Shown here in pieces: positions 12,142-24,295 of a DNA stretch of 64,000 nucleotides (position 1 is its first letter; each line of letters starts with the position of its first letter). The DNA comes from Octopus bimaculoides (taxonomy: Eukaryota). The stretch spans positions 21,418,722 to 21,482,721 of the forward strand of contig NC_069003.1 in NCBI RefSeq assembly GCF_001194135.2. The letters run 5' to 3'. The position numbers and the translations under genes are program-made. The notes below the pieces were generated by a model. The model had not been told where the DNA came from. It saw only the letters and a list, made by a program, of their open reading frames with translations, and did no database searches.

Positions 12142-12200
<59 letters not shown>
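12142..12200. repeat. (GA)n microsatellite
   Basis: Direct reading. Confidence 0.95.
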
Positions 12201-12201
<1 letters not shown>

Positions 12202-12589
12202 AAGAGATGCTATGAAAAGGCTATTCCATCTCACTGGATATGTTTTTGTGGATGGCAATCTCTATGTCAAATAAAACTGGAGGATGAGATATGTTGGCAC
12301 AGCTATTTGAATGCTGCCTATTTGGTATTGCCAATTCAATGCCGATTCCTTTGACAAACAAAATTTTAATATCTCATTTGTTCTATTCCTCTTCCTTCTC
12401 CTCCTCCCCTCTCTACAAATAGTTATATTTGTATGTGTAATGTCTCCCTGCCTCTTTCCTTATCTGTTTATGTATATATTCAGTGTGTACATGTGTTTGC
12501 CTCCATTTTATTTTTCTTTAATGGCTGGATTCCAACCCGGCCCAGATCAACAAAATCCACCCAACATACTTCTCAGTCCATCATCACTG

Positions 12590-13000
12590 CTTCTATGTCC
12601 TGGATACATTTCAGGCTAATATCTGTGATCAAGTTGTCAATATAAGTGTGATAACATTTTCCTCTTCTTACCTTACCATGTAGTGGGTTCCACAAGACTA
12701 ATTTGGATATTTCCAGTTCAGGAATGGTGCACTCAGTGACCAGATAGTTTCAGCAGCCTTTACCTGATCTTTTCACTAACTTTCAGCAGGTCTTCACAAA
12801 GGCATTCATTTGTCATATGTTACTGCCATTTCCCAATTAGAGCCATTTGTAACATCCTTGAGTAGCAGCCATCTAGCTCGTTTGATAATTTCTTTATCAG
12901 TGCTCACATTCCACTGCCATATAATAGCACTGATTCCACAGTTGCAATGAACAACTTGATTCTGATTCAGCTGTGTCAGCTTCCAAACTGCCATGCAGAA
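12590..13000 (-). mobile_element. RTE LINE ORF2 C-terminal remnant
   Basis: Decayed reading resembling IATVESVLLYGS..KRLDGCY.RMLQMAL..KLVLWNPLHGK. Confidence 0.75.
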
Positions 13001-13304
13001 TCATCTCATTCTGATAAAAATGAGTAGGCAGATGGTTTGGGATTGGAACAGAGGAGCTTTCCACTATTGCAAATTTGAAAAAGACTATCAGACAGTAGCC
13101 ATTACTTCATCAGTCTGTAATCTTTACCTGATATACTCCAGTTATCAGACAATGAATTTTAGATCTGACCCAGTCACTTTCCCATTTGACCAGGCATGGA
13201 AGGTTATTTCAGTGGATTATGAAGCTGAGGTCATTTCATCTCCACCAAATAACAAAACTCAAAAGAAAAAATATACTGGTTTTCTACAGCTGAGTGAACT
13301 GGAG

Positions 13305-13415
13305 CAATGTGAAATGAAGTGTCTTGCTCAAGAACACAACACACAGTCCAGTCTGGGAATTGAACTCACTACCTCATGATTGTGATCCCAATGCTCTAAC
13401 CAGAGCCATGCACTT
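13305..13415 (-). mobile_element. SINE family 3 head fragment
   Basis: Reverse complement of the 401-510 head. Confidence 0.75.
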
Positions 13416-13518
13416 TCTTATGTGTGTGTGTAACAAAAATAAAATAGAAAAGAAATAAGAAGCAGAAAGTGAGGATATAAAGTAGTGTTATTATAAAGAG
13501 TATAAAAGTCTTATTTAC

Positions 13519-13623
13519 CTGTAAATTAGTTTCATCATAGTACTCTAAATCGAAGTAGTCAGCTTCCATAAGTTCTAAGTACTTTATCACAGACTCCCAA
13601 AGTACACTGCCCATAGCTTTTGA
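13519..13623 (-). CDS. FARP1/2: FARP-family FERM protein, 2nd coding exon: SKAMGSVLWESVIKYLELMEADYFDLEYYDETNLQ
   Basis: 105 nt; tttcag acceptor with a long pyrimidine tract; gtaaat donor; phase 0/0; FERM F1 motif L.L.E.DYF.LEY. Confidence 0.95.
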
Positions 13624-15050
13624 CTGAAATAAAAGGAAAAAAAGAGAATGATAAGATGAAGAGAAAGAGAGAGACTTAGTGGAGAGTGAAAATACAAAAC
13701 TCAAATAATATAAGAATTGAATTTCATTTTTAGTTTCAATTTCTGGATTATGACTATGGTCTGGTGTTTCATTTATCAAATGTTTCTGGTCAGTTTATAT
13801 CAACATTAGCAATTATTTTATCAACCTCATAGGGACAAAAGTTGAAACCGGTGTAAATGAAAGGTGAACAAATACTACAAGGTATTTTAGTTTGCTGCAC
13901 CAATTCCACCACTCTCTAATATACACATGCACAAAAACACATACACAGCTGTGTACATATGCACACAGATGTGAGAGAGGAATGAATCATCAGCTGCAAA
14001 CACACATATATATATATATAGAGAGAGAGAGATGGTTAAATTTGAAAACAAGTGGAGAAAAGTACTCAATCCCAAAACTGTAGAGACCCACTCACTTGCC
14101 CACTTGACCATGCATGCATGGTTACCCCAGAGGATTACAAATCTGAGGTTGCCTCAGTTCTAACAAATAACAAAACTCAAAAGAAAAAATATATTGGTCA
14201 ATGTGAAAGTGACTTTGAGAAGACATGGCAATCAGCAGTCTTCCTTCCAACATGTAGACAAGAAGAAATCTACTAAGCTAGTTATATCTGGAATTTGAAG
14301 GTCAAAAATACTGCAAACACCATTAAGTAGAGGACAACAGAATGATCCGAGCCATATGTTAATCGATCAAGGAGGTTCAGGCTTTGTATAACTGAAAGAA
14401 CCCATAGCCTTTTTAAATTTAAAATCTTTACTGAGCTAAGACCCAAAAATTTTCACTGAATGCAAGTATCTTGATAAGTTTCAATTATCGAACTGGAAAA
14501 ACCACACTTCATGGATTAATCTCACAAACTTTAATATTTCCCTGTTGAATTAACCACATTAACCATCGTTAATTCCCATCCTAATGGACCAAAGGGACAC
14601 AACTCTCTCATCTCTCTTCCTTTCATGTGTTTTTTTTTCCCCCCATTTCTTTTTTTCATTCACTTTCCTCTCATTCTTGCTAGCTTTTTCCCAGAGAGCA
14701 ACCATGTAGTACTCATGGTACACTATAGTGGCTTGTCCAATAATTGTACTATTAGAGCATGAAACTTATAGTGACTAATACTTAAACCCTGTATATATTA
14801 AACAATATTTATCTTTTGTTGGAACAAGTAGTATTTTTGTTGATCCTACTTATAATGGAACGGTTTGGCATTAGGAAAGGCATCTAGCTGAAGAAACAGG
14901 CCAAAGCTGGCACTGGAACTAAGCACAGGTGACCAGATAGCCAAATTTTGTAAAACATCCAACCAATACCAGCATAGAAAAACCGATGTCAAACGATGAT
15001 GGTGATGATGTGTGTTTGTATTAATAGTTGTCTTAATGTTCAGCTATATA

Positions 15051-15211
15051 GGCGCAGGCATGGCTGTGCTGTAGGAAGCCTGCTTCGCAACCACTTGGTT
15101 CCAGGTTCAGTCCCACTGTGTGGTACATTGGGCAAGTGTCTTCTACTATAGCCTCAGACCAACCTAAGCCTTGTAAGTGGATTTGGTTGTTAGAAACTGA
15201 AAGAAACCCAT

Positions 15212-15251
<40 letters not shown>

Positions 15252-15455
15252 TGTATCTTTGTCACCTACCACAGCTTGACAACTGGTGTTGGTGTGTTTA
15301 TATCCCCAAAACTTAGCAGTTCAGCAAAAAGAGACTGACAGACTATGTACCAGGCTTTAAAAAAAAATTAAGTCCTGGAGTCAATTCATTCAACTAAAAT
15401 AATCATCAGAGCAGTGCCCCAGTATGACCACAGTCTAATGAGTGAAAGAAGATAG
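15051..15455 (+). mobile_element. SINE family 1
   Basis: Full head, (TG)n and body, as at 10836. Confidence 0.88.
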
Positions 15456-16185
15456 AGAAAATGGCCTGTGAGCTTCTGCATAATCCAGTTTCACTCAAGG
15501 CAATGGCTGAACCAAGGTGAGAGAAGAAAATCCCCATGCTCAAGCTGCCACATGGTTACATTGAACCTAGAACCAAGTGATTACAAGTGAATCTCTTAAC
15601 AATGCCTACACACCGATGACGACGAAGAGGATGAGGAGGAAGTGGAGGAGGTGGTGAAATTGAGGAGGCGGTGAAATGGAGGAGGCAGTGAACAAAATAA
15701 AATGATAAATGAATCAATAAATTAACACACTTGTTTTTAAACGAGATGACGGAGTTGAATGGGTCAGTGATCAGAGGAGAATAATTGGATTGCTAAGTGG
15801 ATCATAGATAAAAGTACACACACACAATACATACATATATATACATATATACATACATACACACACACGTACATACATACATGTGTGTATATGTATGTAT
15901 ATATGTATTAATATCTATGAAAGAAAGAAAATGGAATTCACGAGACTCTTTACATTATTCACAACAATTGTTTCAACCCATTGTGCACCTTGCCTCACTG
16001 GTGCATCACAGGTACAGATGTGTCTTGTCAGGTGACTTGTCAAAAGGTACCTCATTTTTTAATCTCCATTTCACTTATTTCTATTACAATACATTGTGGT
16101 GGTAGTAGTAGTAGTAGTAGTACTAGTAGTACAAGGTGTACACCCAAGTATAAAATTATTAATATCTATATACACATATATGTAT

Positions 16186-16790
16186 ATAGGACAATCATTC
16201 CAGAAGTTTTAAGGCTTTCTTTTTAGGAGAGGCAGTTATATACTGGTCTTGGATTACTGTAAAATTAATATATCATTACTATACATCTAATAAGCTGACT
16301 TGCCTACCGTTGTTATTCCAGATTGAAGTAGTGTATTCAAAGTCCTGTAACACACTTTGAACACATCCTACTAAGCACTGCTTCTCACAGTTGACTAGTT
16401 TGGAGAATGCAGTCAGGATGTGAAGACAATTTGGAAGATTGTTATGTAATAAATTTTTCTGTTTAACTGGGTAAAAACCCAACAGAGACTTATGAAATGC
16501 TCCAGATTGCTTATGGATTAACTTGTATAAGCTGAGCACAAGAGGCCAGGCAAAGCACAGCCATGGGGAAACTCATAATGATTCCCTTTTTCCACAGCAA
16601 GGGCATCATCTATATCCACTGGGTTTCCTCTGGACAGACAGTCAACAAAGAATACTTTGTGGAGGTTTAGAAGGCAAAGATTTCATCACAATAACCAGAG
16701 CTCTTCTACTTGGGTTGGTGGCACCTGCACCAGGACAATGCACCAGTCCATAACTCCATCCTGGCAACCAGCTACTTAACAGAGATGATC
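16186..16790 (+). mobile_element. Internally deleted mariner element (second family)
   Basis: KFFCLTG KNPTETYEMLQIAYG-like N-terminus joined to FFHSKGIIYIHWVSSGQTVNKEYFVEV and HQDNAPVH catalytic-region motifs. Confidence 0.85.
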
Positions 16791-17254
16791 ATGAAAACTG
16801 TCCTTATTTTGTTGGTCTCTCTTTTGCCAAACTGCTATGTAATGGGGATGTAAACAAACAAACACTGGTTATCAAGGGATGGTGGGAGACAAGCACAAAC
16901 ATAAAGACAAACACCTACATATATTTTAAAAATTAATAATTAATTTCCTTTAAAAATTAATTTTGTTTATCTGCTTTTGTTACTAAATTTTGTTACTAAA
17001 TTTCCAACAAATTTCACTGCTTATGTGTTTTCATTATCTTCCAAAATAATTAAGAATTTGATTGGACTTAACAAAATAATTTAATGAAATATTACTAAGT
17101 GGTCTATTAAGTCAGTGTTTCAAATGTAGCTAACATAAGGTTCATATATAAAATTATCATAGTTAGTCCACATTACTCTGTAAGGAACACAGGACTAGTT
17201 TCCCAATTTCTCTTACGTATATATTCTTCCCTGGATGGGGATGCTGGCCTGTTA

Positions 17255-17400
17255 TAGGATTACTCATTTTTGCAGACTGAGTGGACTGGAGCAACATAAA
17301 ATCAACAAAAACACAATGCATTATCCGGTCCAGGAATTGAAACCACAATCTTACGATCATGAGTTAACACCCTAACCATTTAACCATGTGCCTCCACCAT
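17255..17400 (-). mobile_element. SINE family 3 head fragment
   Basis: Similar to 13305-13415. Confidence 0.65.
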
Positions 17401-17911
17401 AAAATTTACCATAGGAGGTTTTCGTTTATAAATATAAACATTTTAAATTACATGTGTCTACTACTTGCTGGGCTTGCTATTTGAGNNNNNNNNNNNNNNN
17501 NNNNNNNNNNNNNNNNNNNNNNNNNNNNNNNNNNNNNNNNNNNNNNNNNNNNNNNNNNNNNNNNNNNNNNNNNNNNNNNNNNNNNNNNNNNNNNNNNNNN
17601 NNNNNNNNNNNNNNNNNNNNNNNNNNNNNNNNNNNNNNNNNNNNNNNNNNNNNNNNNNNNNNNNNNNNNNNNNNNNNNNNNNNNNNNNNNNNNNNNNNNN
17701 NNNNNNNNNNNNNNNNNNNNNNNNNNNNNNNNNNNNNNNNNNNNNNNNNNNNNNNNNNNNNNNNNNNNNNNNNNNNNNNNNNNNNNNNNNNNNNNNNNNN
17801 NNNNNNNNNNNNNNNNNNNNNNNNNNNNNNNNNNNNNNNNNNNNNNNNNNNNNNNNNNNNNNNNNNNNNNNNNNNNNNNNNNNNNNNNNNNNTATATATA
17901 TATATATATAT

Positions 17912-18055
17912 CCATCTACCAAATTGACTCACAAGACTTTCGTTAGCCAGAGGCTATAGTAGAAGACACTTGCCCAAGGCGCCACACAGTGGGATTGAAC
18001 CTGGAACCATGTGGTTGGGAAGCAAGCTTCTTATAACACAGCAACACCTGTGCCT
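17912..18055 (-). mobile_element. SINE family 1 head
   Basis: Reverse complement of the consensus head. Confidence 0.85.
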
Positions 18056-18885
18056 TATTATTAGCTAGGTGTTATTTTTTTTTTAACAAACTGTCAATGT
18101 CATCTCATCATCACATCTTACCACTATTTCAGAACTTAGTTCCACTTCCCGTTTCTCTTGATTTATAATTTACCAACATCGGTTCGTGCCTGATGCTCTG
18201 CAACACAAACTTTTGGCTGACATTAATGTGCAAAGATTGTAGGAAGATTTATTTGCCTTTGCAACTATCTCACTTCCTTATTGATCAACATTTTGGTAGG
18301 AAGCTAAAAGACAGAAATCTATCAGTTTCTATCAGATATTTATTCTTTTATTATTTTACTTGCTTCAAGCACTGGACTCTGACCATGCTGGGGCACCCCA
18401 CTCAGTGACTTCAATCAAGTGATTTGACCAGAGTACATAGTGTGGTATACTCTTTTATTGATCATTATTTGTCAAATGACTAGGTTCACCTGACTTACAT
18501 CCCTTTGAAGATTTATCTCTATTTTTACTACAGAGTATTTGTAATGGTTTATACAAAAACAGATGCAATCATACATTGATGAAGATATAACATCATTATC
18601 ATTGTTTTGAGGTCTATTTGCCCATGTTTGCATGGGTCAGACAAGAGTACATTGGGGAAGAGTTTCTACAGCCAGATACCCTTCAAGTGAAGTAACAATA
18701 TCCCCGTCTGTCGGACATGGTTATGAGGAGAACCATAAACAAATGACACCCTACACATGAGCCTTTTATTTGCAAAGATTCCACATGTCAAGACATGTCA
18801 GGAAACCTGGACATGCATTCATTCCACCCGCTCCCAAAAAAGCAACATTACTAACAAATTTGTGCTGCTTCACCTCTCTTTATTT

Positions 18886-19324
18886 CTACTCTTTAGTTAT
18901 CATATTTCTGTTGAAATACACTGCTGTTGTTTCAGTTAACCCTTTAGCATTCACATTACTCTGTTAGATGTAATGCTTATTTATTCACATTGTTTTGAAT
19001 TAATCATGTATTATCTTGTAGCTTTGAGATTTTGATGATATGGTAGTTTATTTTTAGAATGACATTGTGGAGTGAGAGGCCCAATATAGTTGGTTGAACA
19101 TAAAACAGATAAAATATTTGGACAGGATATGGCCAGTTTAAATGCTAAAGGGTTAAAGGAAAGGAAGAAGTTAGTTAAATGACTTTGTCATAATCAAGCT
19201 GATGTTTGGAACATAAATTAACATGGAAGTTTGATGGAATGTTTTAATTTAGATCACTTCAAAATAGAGTTTGTATCATTAGAACCAGGACTGGTCTCAG
19301 GCAGGTTGGTCACCAAAGGATTAA
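18886..19324 (+). mobile_element. MITE family B interrupted at an internal TTAA by MITE A
   Basis: 5' part 18886-18935; 3' part 19157-19324 ending ...caccaaaggattaa. Confidence 0.75.
18936..19156 (+). mobile_element. piggyBac-type MITE family A, intact
   Basis: TTAA duplicated at both ends; TIR ccctttagcatt / aatgctaaaggg; 221 bp. Confidence 0.92.
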
Positions 19325-19383
19325 ATAAGAAATCAGCAGAGAGTCAACATCCTTGTCATTTTTCTGCCTTCACAATGAAGTTG

Positions 19384-19619
19384 GATCCCTTTAACATTTA
19401 ATCAGGCCATATCCAACCAAATATTCTACTAGTTTTATGTTCAAACTGTCCAGCTCTAGCCTCTTACACCTACCATTTCAAAGTCATTCTAAAAGTAAGC
19501 AACCACATCATCAAAATCTTAAAGCAACATATTAATACATATTAATACATGATAAATTCAAAACAATGCAAGAAACAAGCATTACATTTGACAAAGAAAT
19601 CTAAATGCTAAAGGGTTAG
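19384..19619 (-). mobile_element. MITE family A, opposite orientation
   Basis: Reverse complement of 18936-19156, diverged. Confidence 0.8.
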
Positions 19620-19719
19620 AGACCATTTAATTGTTATTGAAAATGGTAATTTGTTCATTGCTATATTTTCAACCATCACACTCCCCTCTCCACCATCATG
19701 GAAGTCCCTTAAGATGCAT

Positions 19720-20230
19720 TAGATGACTTGAACTAAACACATCCAACCTCAAAATAGCTTATTAGGCAGTTGAATGAAATATTGGTTTCAAATTTTAGCA
19801 CAAGGCCAGCAACTTCGGGGGAAGGGATAAGTTAATTACATTGACCCCAGTGCTCAACTGGTGCTTATTTTATCAACCCCCCAAAAGAATGACAGGCAAA
19901 GTCAAACTCAGCAGATTTTGAACTTGGAACGTAATGATGGACAAAATGCAGCAAAGCATTTTGCCCTATGTGCTAACAATTCTGCCAGCTCACCGCCTTT
20001 GTTGAATCAAATATTAGATGGCTAAACTATCATATTATATGACTAAACTAAACATATTTGATGGCTTAAACTAAACACTTCAGATGAGCAAATATTAGAT
20101 GAGTGGATTAAACGTGTAAGACGGCCTGAACCAAATATTAGATGGCTGGACTAAACTGAACACAACAGCGCATGGTCCAAACTAAACATATTACAAGGCT
20201 TAACTAAACACATTAGATGACTTAAACACA
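19720..20230. repeat. Degenerate ~23-bp minisatellite (aactaaacatattagatggctt-like) split by a SINE
   Basis: About 8-9 imperfect units, mostly in 20005-20230, with one unit at 19720-19750. Confidence 0.7.
19783..19999 (-). mobile_element. SINE family 2
   Basis: Same core as 5535-5747 and 42938-43179. Confidence 0.88.
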
Positions 20231-20418
20231 AATGCATTACGTAAGTGAAGCAAGCACATTTAATGTGAAAGGATTAACGGAAAGAGGCGCCAGGTCTGTG
20301 GTAAATGAAGATTTTGTCCGAGACAATAACGGAATCAATCAATCAATCACCTCAGGATAGACAAACAACAACACGAAACAGCATCACAATGATATTACTA
20401 CCACAGACTAATATTAAC

Positions 20419-20452
<34 letters not shown>

Positions 20453-20914
20453 TTGATGTCACTGTGTGTCTGAGTAGTGTTGAAGCAATAGTAACAATAA
20501 CAATAATTAGGATGATGATGATGATGATAATCTAATCAGCTAATCTATTATAAAGAGGCTTAATGCTAATGCAATGATTTCATGGTTGGACCAACACACA
20601 CACACACACACGATCAATGGAGATTTACATATACATCCACATTTTAGAGAAACAGTGCTAATAATACACATGTTTCTTTGTTTTGCAACCCATAGTTATA
20701 TGCACACACACACATATATATATACACACATGCAAGTAAAAATACATGATGACACACACACACACACACATACATATATATACATATATATACATGCAAG
20801 TAAAAATACACTGTCACAAACACACACACATAATTATAGTATTAAGATAGCAGTAGCTTCTAGAAGTCCACAGCTCCTCCTGACAAGAAACAACAGCAAC
20901 AACAACAATTTGAT

Positions 20915-21410
20915 TCAAGTAGGAAGTCTCTCTGTTGTCTTTGAGCTTACTAGAAATAGCAGCCAAACTTCACATCACAATTCGCTGTTTTTTAAAAGCT
21001 GACCACTTATAGATAATGTGGTCTTAGACATTTTAAAAAGAGATAGAGAAAGAGAGGATGGCCATGGTTGGAGTCTATGACCATAGGTCTTCACAGTCAG
21101 GATTGACCTGGGGTTAACGAGCACCAGCAAGCAAAGATGTAGCAGCAGTGACAACAATCACCATGAGTCAGTGAGGGTGCCTCTACATGGCCACTTGTTT
21201 GGCTAGAAATAGCAACTAAATCTTCCTCAACACACACCTTACTGCTTTTAGAGAAATAAAAACACATGAAATAATGTGGCCCTGACATCTCTACAGACTG
21301 CAGGGGTAAAAAAAAAAATGGAGAAAAAGACTGGTCATGGCTGTTCTGGATCAGTTCAGTTGGGGTTGATCTCCGGATAAGCAACAGCAAGAACAAGAAC
21401 AGCAACTATC
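20915..21410 (+). mobile_element. Two tandem copies of a (CAA)n-tailed short element with a structured 5' end
   Basis: Copies at 20915-21140 and 21162-21410; shared gctagaaatagcagccaaatc head, gacacattggataatgt-like middle and gacctgggg(c/t)taa+(CAA)n tail. Confidence 0.75.
21162..21228 (+). ncRNA. Candidate HDV-like ribozyme fold (P1.1 not found)
   Basis: Order P1a CAUGAGU, P2a GAGGG, P3a GCC, L3 UCUACAU, P3b GGC, P1b ACUUGUU, P4 GCUA-GAAA-UAGC, J4/2 CUAAA, P2b CUUCCUC. Confidence 0.35.
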
Positions 21411-21640
21411 ATAAGAGAACACCACCGACACCACCACCACCACCAAGAGCAACAACAGTAACAAGCTTATCAACAATGCTAAAAACTGATTAGAAAACAA
21501 CAACAATAAACGAGATGTTTAAAGCTATTTATTGATTTGCAAATTAAGGGGATCAATGCCAATTAGGAGAGATAAACGAGTGAGAAGGGAAATAAATCAA
21601 CACAATTCCAAAAGTTATTCATAATATACATGGATTGAAG

Positions 21641-21641
21641 G

Positions 21642-21680
<39 letters not shown>

Positions 21681-21717
21681 ATATATGTATGTATGTATAT
21701 ATATGTGTATGTGTGTG

Positions 21718-21815
<98 letters not shown>

Positions 21816-21960
21816 TAGATATATGTATGTATATATGGATATATATATATGTATGTATATATGGTTATATATATATATGTATATATATGGATATATATGT
21901 ATGTATGTATATATATGTATGCATGTGTATATATGTATGTACATATATGGGCATGTTTAA
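21641..21960. repeat. Compound (TG)n/(TA)n/(GATA)n microsatellite
   Basis: Direct reading. Confidence 0.95.
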
Positions 21961-22561
21961 ATGCACATATACACACACACATATTCATGCAAAAACAAAT
22001 ACACACACAAACACATGTATACATACAGACACATCTACACACAGAAAACACAGAAGTACATATTCACACACACACATAGAAACAACCGGAATTGTGGAGG
22101 AGTAGATTTTTCTACTTCAATGCAAATGTTTTGTAGCTTGTTTTTAAACTGATTGATTGATTAACAATGTTGCTATTGCTGTTGTAGTGTTGTTCCTTCT
22201 TTCCTTTTCATCCATGAGTCACCCAGGGTTTTAATATAAGGTATGCCACACCCTTGTGGGACTTAAGAGGCAGACTAAAAGGTTTTAGTGACAGGAAGGA
22301 TGGTAGCCAACCATAGAGCACTGCACCATGACGAATAAAATGAAAGATTGTTGGAGTGTGATGGAGGGGGGAGGGTCCTGGTCACTACAACTCTAACCTA
22401 CCCACACCCCACACACTTCAGCAAAGGGGTGCAGGGAGCCCTTAAAACTGTTTGTTTGTTTTAGCATTTTTTTTTTTTTTTTTTTTTTTTGGTTGTGACA
22501 TTAGAGTGGAGAAATGGTTGAGGTGAGTGGGGAGGTAGTTTTAAATATCATTTCATCAGAG

Positions 22562-23008
22562 TCAATTATACAACAGAACATATTTTAAATTATAATATTT
22601 AAATACAAGGAAGCAGAAGAAAAAAAACAAAAACGGGACGATAAAAGGGAAAATAAAGAAACGGTGGGGATGGGGAAAAGCAGCAGAAGATGGAGGAAGA
22701 TGGGAGTCATAGGCTATGTACCCCAGAACATATGGTGTGTCCAGCCATGCCCTGCAGTAATGACCATGATGGCATTGCCACAGAGAATGACCAGCGATAC
22801 TCACTGCAGCAGCCACTCCACCACTCAGGGCTCAAGTGGTTGACATGCAAAGGGTCAGGAGTTCAAAACTTGTTAGAACCTTCTATGTTTTTGTGGCTTT
22901 ATTTCCCACCCACCCTTCTTTTTCATTCTTTTTTATCTTCCTTTTTTATTTCTTTTTTTTTTTGTATTTAAATGTTATATTTTAAAATGTGGTCTGTTGT
23001 ATAATTGA
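22562..23008. repeat. Foldback/MITE-like element with 47-bp terminal inverted repeats plus imperfect inner arms
   Basis: 22562-22608 vs reverse complement of 22962-23008, about 5 mismatches; A-rich/T-rich inner arms extend the pairing by about 60 bp. Confidence 0.75.
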
Positions 23009-23069
23009 TTGTAGAAATAAAACTTTTGTCAGTGTAGGCTTTAAACCAGTGAAAGAATCCCCACTGTTA

Positions 23070-23904
23070 TAGATGCAGGCATGATTGTGCGGTAAGAAGC
23101 TTGTTTCCTGACCACATGGTTCCAGGTAAAGTCCCACTGCATTGCAACTTAGGTAAGTGTCTTTGACTATAGTCTTGGGCTGACCAAAGCTTTGTGACTG
23201 GATTTAGTAGAAAAACCCCCAAAAGAAGCGCATTGTGTGTATTATATATATATAGGCGCAGGAGTGGTTGTGTGGTAAGTAGCTTGCTTACCAACCACAT
23301 GGTTCCGGGTTCAGTCCCACTGCGTGGCACCTTGGGCAAGTGTCTTCTACTATAGCCTCCAGCCGACGAGAGCCTTGTGAGTGGATTTGGTAGACGGAAA
23401 CTGAAAGAAGCTCGTCGTATATATGTATATGTGTTTGTGCGTCTGTGTTTGTCCCCCGCACCATTGCTTGACAACCGATGCTGGTGTGTTTACGTCCCCG
23501 TAACATTAGCAGTTCGGCAAAAAGTGCCCGATAGAATAAGTACTAGGCTTACAAAGAATAAGTCCCGNNNNNNNNNNNNNNNNNNNNNNNNNNNNNNNNN
23601 NNNNNNNNNNNNNNNNNNNNNNNNNNNNNNNNNNNNNNNNNNNNNNNNNNNNNNNNNNNNNNNNNNNNNNNNNNNNNNNNNNNNNNNNNGGCACATAAAA
23701 GACACCATTTCGAGCGTGGCCGTTTTCGTGCGGGTGACACGTAAAAGCACCCACTACACTCTCTGAGTGGTTGGCGTTAGGAAGGGCATCCAGCTGTAGA
23801 AACTCTGCCAAATTAGATTGGAGCCTGGTGTTGCCATCTGGTTTCACCAGTCCTCAGTCAAATCGTCCAACCCATGCTAGCATGGAAAGCGGACGTTAAA
23901 CGAC

Positions 23905-23937
<33 letters not shown>
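23070..23937 (+). mobile_element. Two SINE family 1 copies (23070-23240; 23253-23567), then an RTE-type tail after a gap (23690-23937)
   Basis: Heads match 10836; the tail ends gcggacgttaaacgac(gat)n. Confidence 0.85.
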
Positions 23938-24164
23938 ATATATGCATGTCTTTGTGTCTATGTTTGTTCCCTGCTACTGTTCGACAACTGCCAAAGAGCT
24001 TTGCAGCAGTAGCTTCTTTTATTGGTTAAGTCATGGCATACAGGTGATGTGATCCTTAAAGCCAACATTGTAGTGGAGGGCGGGGGGAGCTGTGTCAAAA
24101 ATGAAACCAACTGTAACTTTCTCACTAACCATAATAAAGGATATACTGCTCACTCACTCACTCA

Positions 24165-24197
<33 letters not shown>

Positions 24198-24295
24198 TAA
24201 ATATATATATTTTTTAACCAAAAAATTTGGTAAAAAATATAGTATCTGTTAACAATCTTAGCAAAAAACTCACAGTTGAGTTTTTGAATATATAT

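Noticed and set aside
19720-20230. CRISPR-like array
   Set aside because: Units are degenerate and adjacent, with no unique constant-length spacers; the context is eukaryotic and there are no cas genes.
22690-22971. 93-aa plus-strand ORF as a nested gene
   Set aside because: No recognisable domain or splice context; it ends in the T-rich arm of the foldback element.
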